64,000 nt of DNA. Source: Octopus vulgaris. Lineage: Eukaryota. A program made the translations under genes and the position numbers. A model generated the notes under the pieces. That model was not told where the DNA came from. It ran no database searches and saw only the letters and a program-made list of their open reading frames with translations. Shown piece after piece: positions 25,793 through 38,230 of the stretch. Within the stretch, counting starts at the first letter, position 1; every line of letters starts with the position of its first letter. The stretch lies in assembly GCA_951406725.2 (NCBI GenBank), contig OX597831.1, forward strand, positions 68,572,001 to 68,636,000. Reading direction: 5' to 3'.

Positions 25793-26281
25793 ATCATTTT
25801 CTTTCCTGATTTACTAAAACCATAGTCTTTGCTGTTTACTTTGAGGCTTCTTGATTTCAGGTTTAGCTTTCATGCCTAGAATTTCTTCTCTAATTCCCTA
25901 TAGATTCAGTTATGAAAACATCAGTGCATAGAGGTTCCCATGCACCACTAGTCTTAAACACCATTGTGATGGCATGACTCTGATGAATGGGAGAGGCCCG
26001 AAGACTGGACCTTGACGGCCTCCTATTCTTGCATCAAATTGTCACTGAAATCTTTGTTGACTCTCACTTTATTTATTGCATCTTTGTGTATAATTTGTGC
26101 TGTTCTCACAAGACATTCATCTATATTTAGTCTCCTTAGTAACTACCAAATGACTGTATGTGGTACCCAGTCATATACCTTCTCCAAGTCAATGAATGCC
26201 AGGAATAGTGGTCTACTTTTAGCTAAGTATTTCTTCAGCATTTTCCACACTAGGGAGATTGTATCAGTAGTATCTCTACCT
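25793..26281 (-). repeat. About 490-bp near-identical duplicate of the decayed RTE RT segment at 31985-32473
   Basis: Direct comparison shows only a few substitutions. ORF-track peptides at 26012 and 32204 are identical up to the breakpoint (offset 6192). Confidence 0.9.
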
Positions 26282-26360
26282 GTATTCTTCTATCTACTTT
26301 TAATCTTTATTCTTCTATTTTGAGATACTTGTCCTGCTTTGATTTTTGCTGTCCTTTTCC

Positions 26361-26398
<38 letters not shown>

Positions 26399-26400
<2 letters not shown>

Positions 26401-26796
26401 TTTTACTCTTTTACTTGTTTCAGTCATTTGACTGTGGCCATGCTAGAGCACCGCCTTTAGTCGAGCAAATCGAACCCAGGACTTATTCTTTGTAAGCCTA
26501 GTACTTATTCTATCAGTCTCTTTCGCTGAACTGCTAAGTTACAGGGATGTAAACACACCAGCATCGGTTGTCTAGCGATGTTGGGGGGACAAACACATAC
26601 ACACACATATATATATATATATACATATATACGATGGGCTTCTTCCAGTTCCCATCTACCAAATCCACTCACAAGGCTTTGGTCAGCCCGAGGCTATAGT
26701 AGAAGACTCTTGGTCAAGGTGCCATGCAGTGGGACTTAACCCGGAACCATGTGGTTGGTAAGCAAGCTACTTACCACACAGCCACTCCTATGCCTA
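26399..26796 (-). mobile_element. tRNA-derived SINE family 1
   Basis: Full-length homology to the other copies. Confidence 0.92.
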
Positions 26797-26818
26797 AATA
26801 TAGGTACAACTTGTTTTT

Positions 26819-26947
26819 GCCAGCTGAGTGGAGAGGAGCAACGTGAAATAGAGTGTCTTGCTCAAGGACACAACACATCGCCGAGAATTGAACTCACGAC
26901 CTTACAATCATGAGTCGAATGCCCTAACCACTAAGCCACGCGCCTTC
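26819..26947 (-). mobile_element. tRNA-derived SINE family 4, 5' part with CORE-like segment
   Basis: Minus strand has A box TGGCTTAGTGG, B box GAGTTCAATTCTC, then gtgtccttgagcaagacact. Confidence 0.7.
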
Positions 26948-27680
26948 ATTAAAATGAGAATATATACATATTTATACATGCATATATATACACACATATA
27001 TAAACATACGTATAGGCCTTGCATTATATCTCTAATGATTGTTTCCAATAATAAAATATAGAATTTTTTTTCTGTTTTGTAACTACCTTTTTTTCTCTTA
27101 CTTTTCATTTGTGTACCTGTTGCTAAGAAGTCATATTTCACCTATTTTTTACCTAATGACCCAACATTCTAACCTTGCTACTATGATTATATCCAAATGT
27201 TTTCAATATATCCAAATATAGAAACATATAATAAATGTTATCTTCCTTTGTCACTATTTGGAGCTTCCCAATTATTTTCCTTCCCTATTTAAAATTGTGT
27301 TTTCTTTATTAAATGACTTGTAATAGTATAAAATATTCCCCCCCTAGTTTTCACTACCTCTACATATATATCAAATGCAGCAAATACAATGCTGTGAAAT
27401 GGGTGAAACAACAAATTTTAATCATGCATCTGTTGCCATTAGATGCAATCAATCTAAAAATGGAGGGAAATACAATTGCATCTGCACTTAGTCTTGCTGT
27501 GAATTTATACCCCCACCAGAAACCAAACACTTTCCTTGTTATTTAACAATTCATCAGGATTTACTTAATCTGCTTTCCTAAGATAATGAGCGATATTAAC
27601 TGAAGGCTACTTATTGAAATGTAAACAAGACTGTGCTAGATACCAACTTATTTACGTAGCAATATATAACTCATGCTGTA

Positions 27681-28084
27681 TACTCTTTTACTTGTTTCAG
27701 TCGTTTGACCGTGGCCATGCTGGAGCACCACCTTTTAGTCGAGCAAATCGACCCTAGGACTTATTCTTTGTAAGCCCAGTACTTATTCTATCGGCCTCTT
27801 TTGCCGAACCGCCAAGTTACCGGGATGTAAACACAGCAGCATCGGTTGTCAAGCGATGTTGGGGGGACAAACACAGACACACAAACATATACACACACAT
27901 AATACATATGTATATATATATATATACGACAGGCTTCTTTCAGTTTCCGTCTACCAAATCCACTCACAAGGCTTTGGTTGACCCGAGGCTATAGTAGAAG
28001 ACTCTTGGTCAAGGTGCCACGCAGTGGGACTAAACCCAGAACCATGTGGTTGGTAAACAAGCTACTTACCACACGGCCACTCCT
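27681..28084 (-). mobile_element. tRNA-derived SINE family 1
   Basis: Full-length homology to the other copies. Confidence 0.92.
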
Positions 28085-28620
28085 CTCTACATGGGATACC
28101 GGCTAGCCTTTAACGAATCCCACATCAATGTTTGGGCATCTAAGCTGCTGTTGAGTAGTTATATGATTAAGGATTCAAGTTGTGTTTAGAGTGGGAGCAT
28201 GTGAAGTGGACTTGATTAATACGAATTGGACTTGACTCCTTGGGATTCATTAATGGAACCTAATAGCTTGGTTATACTATGGTTATTAATATACCATGGT
28301 AATTTATTGCTTGTTGTCATTTTGAGTATCACATATCCGTTATGCATGATCAAAGTATGCAAAATGATTTAAGTTCTTTGGTTTTATGGGAGAATTAACA
28401 GAGCTAAAATGCTCTGGAAAATGCGCGGTTTAAAAAACATCAGAAATTGAATTAAAAGTTTGGCTTATAGATCAATATTCTGATATGAGTTATTGCAGTG
28501 GAAGTTTGATATTTCCAGGCTCCATGTTTCAGTTTTTGCAATTAATTTTCTACTATTCTTCTGTCATTTTTAAGTGCATTTTCACATATTTTAAACTGAG
28601 AAACTTTTTCATTTGATGTG

Positions 28621-30948
28621 CACTCTCATATTGATTTTGGTACACAATCTCAATACTTTTAACTACAATACTCAGCACTCTCATATTGTTTTTGGTACAC
28701 ACTCTCAATACTTTTAACTACAATACTAAGCACTCTCATATTGATTTTGGTACACACTCTCAATACTTTTAACTACAATACTCAGCACTCTCGAATTGTT
28801 TTTGGTACACACTCTCAATACTTTTAACTACAATACTCAGCACTCTCATATTGTTTTTGGTACACACTCTCAATACTTTTAACTACAATACTCAGCACTC
28901 TCATATTGTTTTTGGTACACAATCTCAATACTTTTAACTACAATACTCAGCACTCTCATATTGTTTTTGGTACACACTCTCAATACTTTTAACTACAATA
29001 CTCAGCACTCTCATATTGTTTTTGGTACACACTCTCAATACTTTTAACTACAATACTCAGCACTCTCAAATTGTTTTTGGTACACACTCTCAATACTTTT
29101 AACTACAATACTCAGCACTCTCATATTGTTTTTGGTACACACTCTCAATACTTTTAACTACAATACTCAGCACTCTCATATTGTTTTTGGTACACACTAT
29201 CAATGCTTTTAACTACAATACTCAGCACTCTCGAATTGTTTTTGGTACACACTCTCAATGCTTTTAACTACAATACTCAGTTCTCTCAAATTGTTTTTGG
29301 TACACGGTCTCATTGCTTTTAACTACAATACTCAGCACTCTCAAATTGTTTTTGGTACACACTCTCAATGCTTTTAACTACAATACTCAGCACTCTCGAA
29401 TTGTGTTTGGTACACACTCTCATTGCTTTTAACTACAATACTCAGCACTCTCAAATTGTTTTTGGTACACGGTCTCATTGCTTTTAACTACAATACTCAG
29501 CACTCTCAAATTGTTTTTTGTACACACTCTCAATGCTTTTAACTACAATACTCAGCACTCTCGAATTATGTTTGGTACACACTCTCATTGCTTTTAACTA
29601 CAATACTCAGCACTCTCAAATTGTTTTTGGTACATGCTCTCAATGCTTTTAACTACATTTCTCAGCGTTTTTGATACACACTCTCAATACTTTTAACTAC
29701 AATACTCAGCACTCTCGAATTGTTTTTGGTACACACTCTCATTGCTTTTAACTACAATACTCAGCACTCTCAAATTGTTTTTGGTACACACTCTCAATGC
29801 TTTTAACTACAATTCTCAGCCTCAATTGTTTTTGGTACACACTCTCAATACTTTTAACTACAATACTCAGCACTCTCAATTGTTTTTGGTACACACTCTC
29901 AATGCTTTTAACTACAATACTCAGCACTCTCAAATTGTTTTTGGTACACACTCTCAATACTTTTAACTACAATACTCAGCACTCTCAAATTGTTTTTGGT
30001 ACACACTCTCAATACTTTTAACTACAATACTCAGCACTCTCAAATTGTTTTTGGTACACACTCTCAATGCTTTTAACTACAATACTCAGCACTCTCAAAT
30101 TGTTTTTGGTACACACTCTCAATACTTTTAACTACAATACTCAGCACTCTCAAATTGTTTTTGGTACACACTCTCAATGCTTTTAACTACAATACTCAGC
30201 ACTCTCAAATTGTTTTTGGTACACACTCTCAATGCTTTTAACTACAATACTCAGCACTCTCGAATTGTTTTTGGTACACACTCTCAATGCTTTTAACTAC
30301 AATACTCAGCACTCTCAATTGTTTTTGGTACACACTCTCAATACTTTTAACTACAATACTCAGCACTCTCAAATTGTTTTTGGTACACACTCTCAATGCT
30401 TTTAACTACAATACTCAGCACTCTCAAATTGTTTTTGGTACACACTCTCAATACTTTTAACTCATCTACAATACTCAGCACTCTCAAATTGTTTTTGGTA
30501 CACACTCTCAATGCTTTTAACTACAATACTCAGCACTCTCAAATTGTTTTTGGTACACACTCTCAATGCTTTTAACTACAATACTCAGCACTCTCAAATT
30601 GTTTTTGGTACACACTCTCAATACTTTTAACTACAATACTCAGCACTCTCAAATTGTTTTTGGTACACACTCTCAATACTTTTAACTACAATACTCAGCA
30701 CTCTCAAATTGTTTTTGGTACACACTCTCAATGCTTTTAACTACAATACTCAGCACTCTCGAATTGTTTTTGGAACACACTCTCAATGCTTTTAACTACA
30801 ATACTCAGCACTCTCAAATTGTTTTTGGTACACACTCTCAATGCTTTTAACTACAATACTCAGCACTCTTAAATTGTTTTTGGTACACGCTCTCAATACT
30901 TTTAACTACAATACTCAGCACTCTCAAATTGTTTTTGGTACACGCTCT
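28621..30948. repeat. 55-bp tandem satellite array, about 42 units
   Basis: Unit cactctcaaattgtttttggtacacactctcaatacttttaactacaatactcag; period 55 (28621, 28676, 28731 and onward). Confidence 0.97.
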
Positions 30949-31379
30949 AAAGGCTGCATCATAGGAATATGTTTTATTGAAGGCTGGCACTTGACAATTT
31001 GCAACAAAATTTGTCATGCATGCACTTGTACTTTGATTACTGAAGTTAAACATTTTAAATAAAGTTATTTGCTTCTCCACAAGTGTTTCTTATTACAATT
31101 TATTTGAGTAGAATTGTTAATCAGAAATACTCTTGAACATGTGTTTCTGCTGAGGAATACAGCGATAGCAATAGACAATTTTGTTCAAGTGCTTTGATAG
31201 AGCTTCATTAGATGCAAACACTGAATGGAAATATTGAAAGAACTACATTTTTAATTTTCCTTCACTAAAACTTAATTGCTTAACAAAAGCTTACTCTGCA
31301 TACTTCACCTTCTCTTCACTCTTCAGCCTTTCACTCTTATCAGTTGATAACATTGACTACAATAATGCAACAGTTACTC

Positions 31380-33850
31380 TGAGAGCAGATTCCTTAAACA
31401 GCAGAAAACCACTTTTTGTAGATTCCAATTATAAGACATTGAATCTTAAATCAGAATTCTACACATTTACTAAAATCTGTTCAGTTTTCTTGATGTGTTC
31501 GCGCTGTGTCATTCATGCATATTTATGCTGCATATCTAGCAGTGCATGATAGCTTCATTTCTTTCCAAGTCTTTTCAAGTTCTCTGCATTCAAGGCCCAT
31601 GTCTCACTACCAAGCAGCATTACAGTTCTAGCACATGCATCATGCAATCTACTCTTCACTCAGAGGGAAAAGACCTTTGTTTTCAACAATGGTAGAAACT
31701 CCGTGAACTTTCTCCAACTTGTTCTTACTTTGGCTACTTTACTTTCAGAGCAACTACCTCCTCTACTAATTACATCTCCTAAGTAATATAGTAATCTATT
31801 CAAGCAATTACGAAAATCTATTTTAAATGTTCTCATAGTGTGTACTGTTTCATTGCACTTATCACATATGAAGATTACTTTCTCTGTTAATATGCTTATG
31901 ATTCCACTAAAACATGGGATGCAGTGAATGGAGATTATACCTACTTCTTTCCTGCATGTCAAGCGAAGCTATTTACCTGAATATATCATTTTCTTTCTTG
32001 ATTTACTAAAACCATAGTCTTTGCTGTTTACTTTGAGGCTTCTTGATTTCAGGTTTAGCTTTCATGCCTAGAATTTCTTCTCTAATTCCCTATAGATTCA
32101 GTTATGAAAACATCAGTGCATAGAGGTTCCCATGCACCACTAGTCTTAAACAACATTGTGATGGCATGACTCTGATGAATGGGAGAGGCCCGAAGACTGG
32201 ACCTTGACGGCCTCCTATTCTTGCATCAAATTGTCACTGAAATCTTTGTTGACTCTCACTTTATTTATTGCATCTTTGTGTATAATTTGTGCTGTTCTCA
32301 CAAGACATTCATCTATATTTAGTCTTCTTAGTAACTACCAAATGACTGTATGTGGTACCCAGTCATATACCTTCTCCAAGTCAATGAATGCCAGGAATAG
32401 TGGTCTACTTTTAGCTAAGTATTTCTTCAGCATTTTCCACACTAGGGAGATTGTATCAGTAGTATCTCTACCTAGTATGAAACCAAACTGCATTTCATCT
32501 AGGTTTCTTCTGTAATGGGCTAACTGTACTGTGACTCTCTCTATGACTTTCATAACCTGATCTAATAGTTTGAATAGTTTGATTCCGCTATATTTGCTTC
32601 TCTCTAAGGTACCTCCTCTACTTTTGTAGCAATTTGTGATAATACTACTACAGCAGTCAGTTAGTATAACACCTTCATGTGTAATTTATTACCTGTAAAG
32701 GTGGTAACCATATGTCTTACCTCACCAGATATTTCGAACATCCCTACAATTATTCCTGACCTGCAGCTTTCTCTTGCATCATGTTCTTTATTACATCATC
32801 TTCCAGGCTGCTGTCAACTTGGATTGCATGTCTTTCTGTTGAGTCAACATGAAGTAGACTCTTTTATCTCATGCAACCTCTCATTATAGTACTTACATGA
32901 CTATTTTCTTGTTCTCCCTATTGAGACAAGTATTCCATCATCATTCCTTAGTATGGTGTTTCTTCACTTGCCACCAGCACAGGAGTCAGGACCGCTGGAC
33001 TGACTCCTGTGCTGGTGGCAAATGAAGAAACACCATTTCGAGCCTGTGCTTCAAGAGATCCATTGAGTCAAGTACACCGACATCAAAATCAATGGAAACT
33101 GCAGTTGTGATCCCTGAGCCAGTGGCATGTAAAAAGTGCTATCCGAATCATGGCCAATGCCAGCGCCGCCTTGACTGGCTTCCGTGCCGGTGGCACTTAA
33201 AAAGCACCCACTACACTCACGGAGTGGTTGGCGTTAGGAAGGGCATCCAGCTGTAGAAACACTGCCAGATCAGACTGGAGCCTGGTGCAGCCTTCTGGCT
33301 TCCCAGATCCCCGGTCAAACCGTCCAACCCATGCTAGCATGGAAAGTGGACGTTAAACGATGATAATGATGATGATGATGATTCCAAGTACATTTCTCAC
33401 TTCTCACTAACAATCTGCCTTTCTTTCTCACTTATTGTCTCACAATCTTGAACATTTTACATTGCAGGACTTGTGCAAATCTCTTACTTTCTAACTCACT
33501 CTTAGCTACTTACACCTGTTGTCTAGCTGCTCTTCTAACAATCTGATAATGCTCTCTATTATCACTTTTCTTCTAGATTTTCCAAACCTGTCTCATAGTG
33601 TTATCTGCTTTCTCAACCATATCATTCCACCACCAAGTTACCTTTGGTTTGGCTGGGTATTTGCTCCCTGTCATGTCTGACTGTAGTCCTAAGCAGGTTA
33701 TTTATTTTGTAGAAATTCTCAGTTGTCGCTTTACAAGTATCTAAATCTCTCTCCCTACAGCTGTATGCATCAATTAGAATTTCTCTAAACTTATCCCCAG
33801 CAGCCGGATCTTTTAGTTTCCGCATCTTCTTCTTCCACATCATCTGTTTT
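31380..33850 (-). mobile_element. Old decayed RTE LINE, interrupted by a younger insertion at 32953-33381
   Basis: Minus-strand pieces NLDEMQFGFILGRDTTD, LFLAFIDLEKVYD, YYLGDVISRGGSCSES and KLKDPAAGDKFREILIDA align with the ORF at 1-2386. Confidence 0.88.
32953..33381 (+). mobile_element. 5'-truncated RTE 3'-UTR insertion with a fold-back 5' end
   Basis: Body matches 2890-3211 with a (GAT)n tail; ATTCC is repeated at both junctions in the host LINE. Confidence 0.88.
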
Positions 33851-34794
33851 TTGTGGTAGGAAAGATACATCTATCTATTTATCTTTAGACATACATCTGT
33901 CAGTTTATCTACCTCTCTTTTTCTCTATCATCATCAACTTCTGTTCACTTTTCTGTGCTGGCATAGTTTGAACGGATCATTTCACTCATTGCATGCTGTG
34001 TCAGCTGGTTCACACTGTAATAGAGAAAACAAGCCAACTTCAATGTTGTTCTATCTTATATATTCATCCATTTGGAAGGACTAAAGAGCTCCCTCCAGTA
34101 TATAATGTTTCTAATTCCGAGTTACGGTCCTCTTAGAAAAGTAGCATCCTCATTTCTCTGGACCATACATTCCACTATGGCACATTTTCCATAACTGGAT
34201 GCTCTCTTTACCACTAAAACCTTTGGAGAGTATACAGCAGTGGCGAAGGGTAACTAGGAAACAAGGGCATGCAATCCCCACCCACTGAGGTTGGTGGTGG
34301 TGGTGGTGGTGGATTTTCGAGTGCTCTACCCTCACCCGTTTTCCATGGAAAGTGTAGTATTATATACTTTGAAATATGGGGTGTCTGAAAAGGAAAATAG
34401 TTTCCCCCCTATGATGCACCATTTTGAAGTAGTTAGTAAGACATGAGTAACGTACATATAACTTTGGAAATCACCTTCCAACGATTTCATCCAGTAAGGG
34501 CTATTCAAGCCAATGTACAACTTCTGTCTTTACTGACATTGACATATCCTCTAAACCTTTCTTGAAGTCTTTCCTTCTCAACAACATATCACAAAACACG
34601 TAACAGTTAAGGTCTGTAGTCTCACAAAACATAACAACAACACATGCAGTTTCTTTCGATCATTGGCTTAATTACACATTCACTTGTAATAATTATACAA
34701 TTAAATGATTTCATTTTCAATATCACTTCAAACCTGAGAAAATATGTTCTTATACTGACATGGGAAACATAGGAAAATTTGTACAGAATGGATC

Positions 34795-34850
<56 letters not shown>

Positions 34851-34974
34851 TTGTCAATTTTTTTCTTTTCGCTCTGTGTGGGAAATAGCCAAGAAAACTC
34901 TGGGGTCACATGACTGAATTCAGGTCTGGAGAAGGGATCAAAAATACTCTCTCCATTGGTTAAATCTCTTTTTG

Positions 34975-35145
34975 AAAGCAAGTTTGGGTGGTTGGTAAGA
35001 AGTTTGCTTCGTAACTACATGGTTCTTGGTCCAGTCTTCTACTAGTGTCTTCTACTATAGCCTTAGGCTGTCTAAAACCTTGTAAGTGGACTTGATAGAG
35101 GAAAACTGTAAACCTGTTGTATATATGTATGTGTGTGTGTTTATG

Positions 35146-35182
<37 letters not shown>

Positions 35183-35420
35183 GTGTGTGTACTTGTATGT
35201 GCATCTTTGTGTCTGTGTTTGTCCTTCACCAATGCTTGACAACTAGTGTTGGTGTGTTTACATTCCCATAACTTAGCAGTTCGGCATGAGAGACCAAAAG
35301 AATAAGCACCAGGCTTTAAAAAAAGTACTGGAGTAGATTCATTAGACTAAAAATTATTGAAGGGGGTGCCCCAGCATGGCCACAATTTACTGATTTAAAC
35401 AAGCAGAAGATAAAAGATAA
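34975..35420 (+). mobile_element. Diverged SINE family 1 copy
   Basis: Homologous body, internal (TA)n and tail. Confidence 0.8.
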
Positions 35421-36224
35421 AATGTGTATTCTTCGGTACTGAATAATCATATGAAAAACATCAGAAAGCAATAAAACAAACTTGTAAATTGACTAAATAT
35501 GCATTTCTCATCTAAATCTGTCTGACGATGAGGAAAGCCTCAGGAAATTCCTCTGAATAGGCAAGTTTTTGATCTTTGCTGCACAGGTAGTAAAAACATA
35601 AGCACTTCAAGAGAATAAAAAAGTTGATGTGTCTGCTGGCGTAACAAGTCTGAAAGGCAAACAGCAAAATGTCTGCTTTCTCTTTCTTGACCACTAACTC
35701 ATTTTTTGTTTCTCTTCTCGACAATAAAAGAATACAAAGAAAATAATATCACTGCTCTTACTATGACTGTAAGCTAGCAGTAAAAAAAATCTGCTTTCCT
35801 TTTCCTATGTTTCTGTTGACAAATTTTTACTAAGAAATGAAGGAATGCGAAATAAAAGTAAATATGTCAACAATGAATCTAGTGAAAAATTATCAATAAT
35901 CAATTGTATATTACATAAAAATTATTTATTGTGGAAAAATAGTAAGGTGTGCAGTGCATGCGTTGCATACATAAATCCTTTGCCCTGGTATACTAGATAT
36001 ATTTTATCATTTAATCAATGCAAGTGAAGTTATTCTTTGCAAGGAGGTCCTCATTACCCAGTGTCAGATCTTATTTGGGGTTACTGCCCTCAGGACATCA
36101 GAAAATGACAGAAAATATACTAAGGAAAAGTGCAGAAAAAATTGAGGTTAGGATGAAATATTAATATTTAAATGTTAATAGTAAAATGTTAGTAAACTTG
36201 AAACAGATTTGTTTTTTTGTTTAA

Positions 36225-36437
36225 CCCTTTTGTTACCAACCCGGCTGAAACTGGCTCTGAGTACAAATGTCTTGTTTTCATAAGTTTTAAATTAAAATCT
36301 ACCACCAAACCTTAGTCACAATTTATTTCCTAACACTAGCTTAATGATAACTAAGTTATTTTACTAAATTCTTTGTTATATTTAAAGTAATTGAAAGAGA
36401 CACAGAACATCTCAAAATAAATGCGGTAACAAAAGGG
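36225..36437. mobile_element. piggyBac-type MITE, second copy
   Basis: TTAA flanks and TIRs CCCTTTTGTTACC/GGTAACAAAAGGG; interior homologous to 19617-19837. Confidence 0.88.
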
Positions 36438-36897
36438 TTAAGCCTTTGAACACTGGGCATCTTAATGCCTCATAGCTAAAATATCGATCATTCGCAGTCC
36501 CAAAATTTGTATCTTGCGTTTCATCCTGAGAGCATTAGTAGTTCCAAAACCAACAGCTTGAGTTGAAAGCTTTAATATTTCTTGAATCTTTCACTCATTA
36601 ATGAGAATGTGGATGGTCTTTTTCTCTTTTAGAAACAGACAGTCATTTTTAGGTTCATGCAATATTTCTGTGACTGAATTTTTTTGGTGATGAATAAACG
36701 TATATTGAAATCTTTTGTTACTTGTGTAAGCCATAACCCCAATCAAATGCCCATGCATAGCTAATAGTGGAGTCCTGCTTACATCTATTTGATGAAATGA
36801 ATGAGTATGTAACTTGCCGGTTTAGAAGTGTAGAAGCCATCATAGTAAAAAGAGAAGTGACTAAAACAAAAAACAAAAAGAACAAAGAAAAATCTAC

Positions 36898-37068
36898 AGG
36901 CGCAGGAGTGGCTGTGTGGTAAGTAGCTTGCTAACCAACCACATGGTTCCGGGTTCAGTCCCACTGCATGGCATCTTGGGCAAGTGTCTTTTGCTATAGC
37001 CCCGGGCCGACCAATGCCTTGTGAGTGGATTTGGTAGACGGAAACTGAAAGAAGCCCGTCGTATATAG

Positions 37069-37108
<40 letters not shown>

Positions 37109-37320
37109 CGTGTATGTTTGTGTGTCTGTGTTTGTCTCCCTAGCATTGCTTGACAACCGATGCTGGTGTGTTTACATCCCTGTCACTTAGCGGTTCGGCA
37201 AAAGAGACCGATAGAATAAGTACTGGGCTTACAAAAGAATAATCGAGTTGCTCGATTAAAAGGCAGTGCTCCAGCATGGCCGCAGTCAAATGACTGAAAC
37301 AAGTAAAAGAGTAAAGAGTA
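36898..37320 (+). mobile_element. tRNA-derived SINE family 1, full length
   Basis: A and B boxes, body and tail are all present. Confidence 0.92.
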
Positions 37321-38072
37321 TATTGTGATTGAAGGCCCAGGTGATTGATTGACAATGATTCATTCATGGACAGGCTTCAGCCACTACTACACACATCACT
37401 GTGTTTCCTCTCTAAGTTTCTTCTATTACCATTACGATGCCCTCTGATCTTCCAGAAAAATACACACTCATCTTCTGCATTTCCTTATCTCACACACCTC
37501 TCTGCATCTCACCTCCCAGACTTTACTCTACTTCACCCAATCCTTCCACTTAAGAAGTGCAGCACTCATTTTACCCTATTCATACCAACTAGAGATGTTC
37601 GAGTGGAACTTCAACTGCATTAATTGTCCCAGTCTGGGAGAAAGTGCAAAGGTCATGGATACTGCATCTCCAGTTTGATTAACTTTCAAAAAAAAAAAAA
37701 TTATCAATCAGGTAAAACTTGACCAGATCATATTATGAGATATTGGGACATTTTATACAACAATTTGTTATGCTGGAAAAGAAAAATAAGTATTAATGTG
37801 TAAGTGAACGTGTGTGTGTGTGATTATGTGTAAGATTGGGTCAATGAGATGTTTGTATATGTGAATGGATGTGATTGTGTGTGACTGTATGTGTTAGTGT
37901 CTAAGGAAGTTGCAAAGAGATGTAAAAGTGTATGGGTAGTAGTGTCAATATTAGCATGTGACTAAGTTTCCCTCCCTCTGACACATTCTCTCTCTCCATT
38001 CATACTCTCACATATGTATACATGCATACAGACATAAATATGTGTGTGTGTATCTATCTATCTATCTATCTA

Positions 38073-38111
<39 letters not shown>

Positions 38112-38190
38112 TGTTACATAAATGTATATATATGCAAATATATGTATACATGAGTATATACATATACACGCACCCACAAGTAGATAGATG

Positions 38191-38225
<35 letters not shown>

Positions 38226-38230
<5 letters not shown>

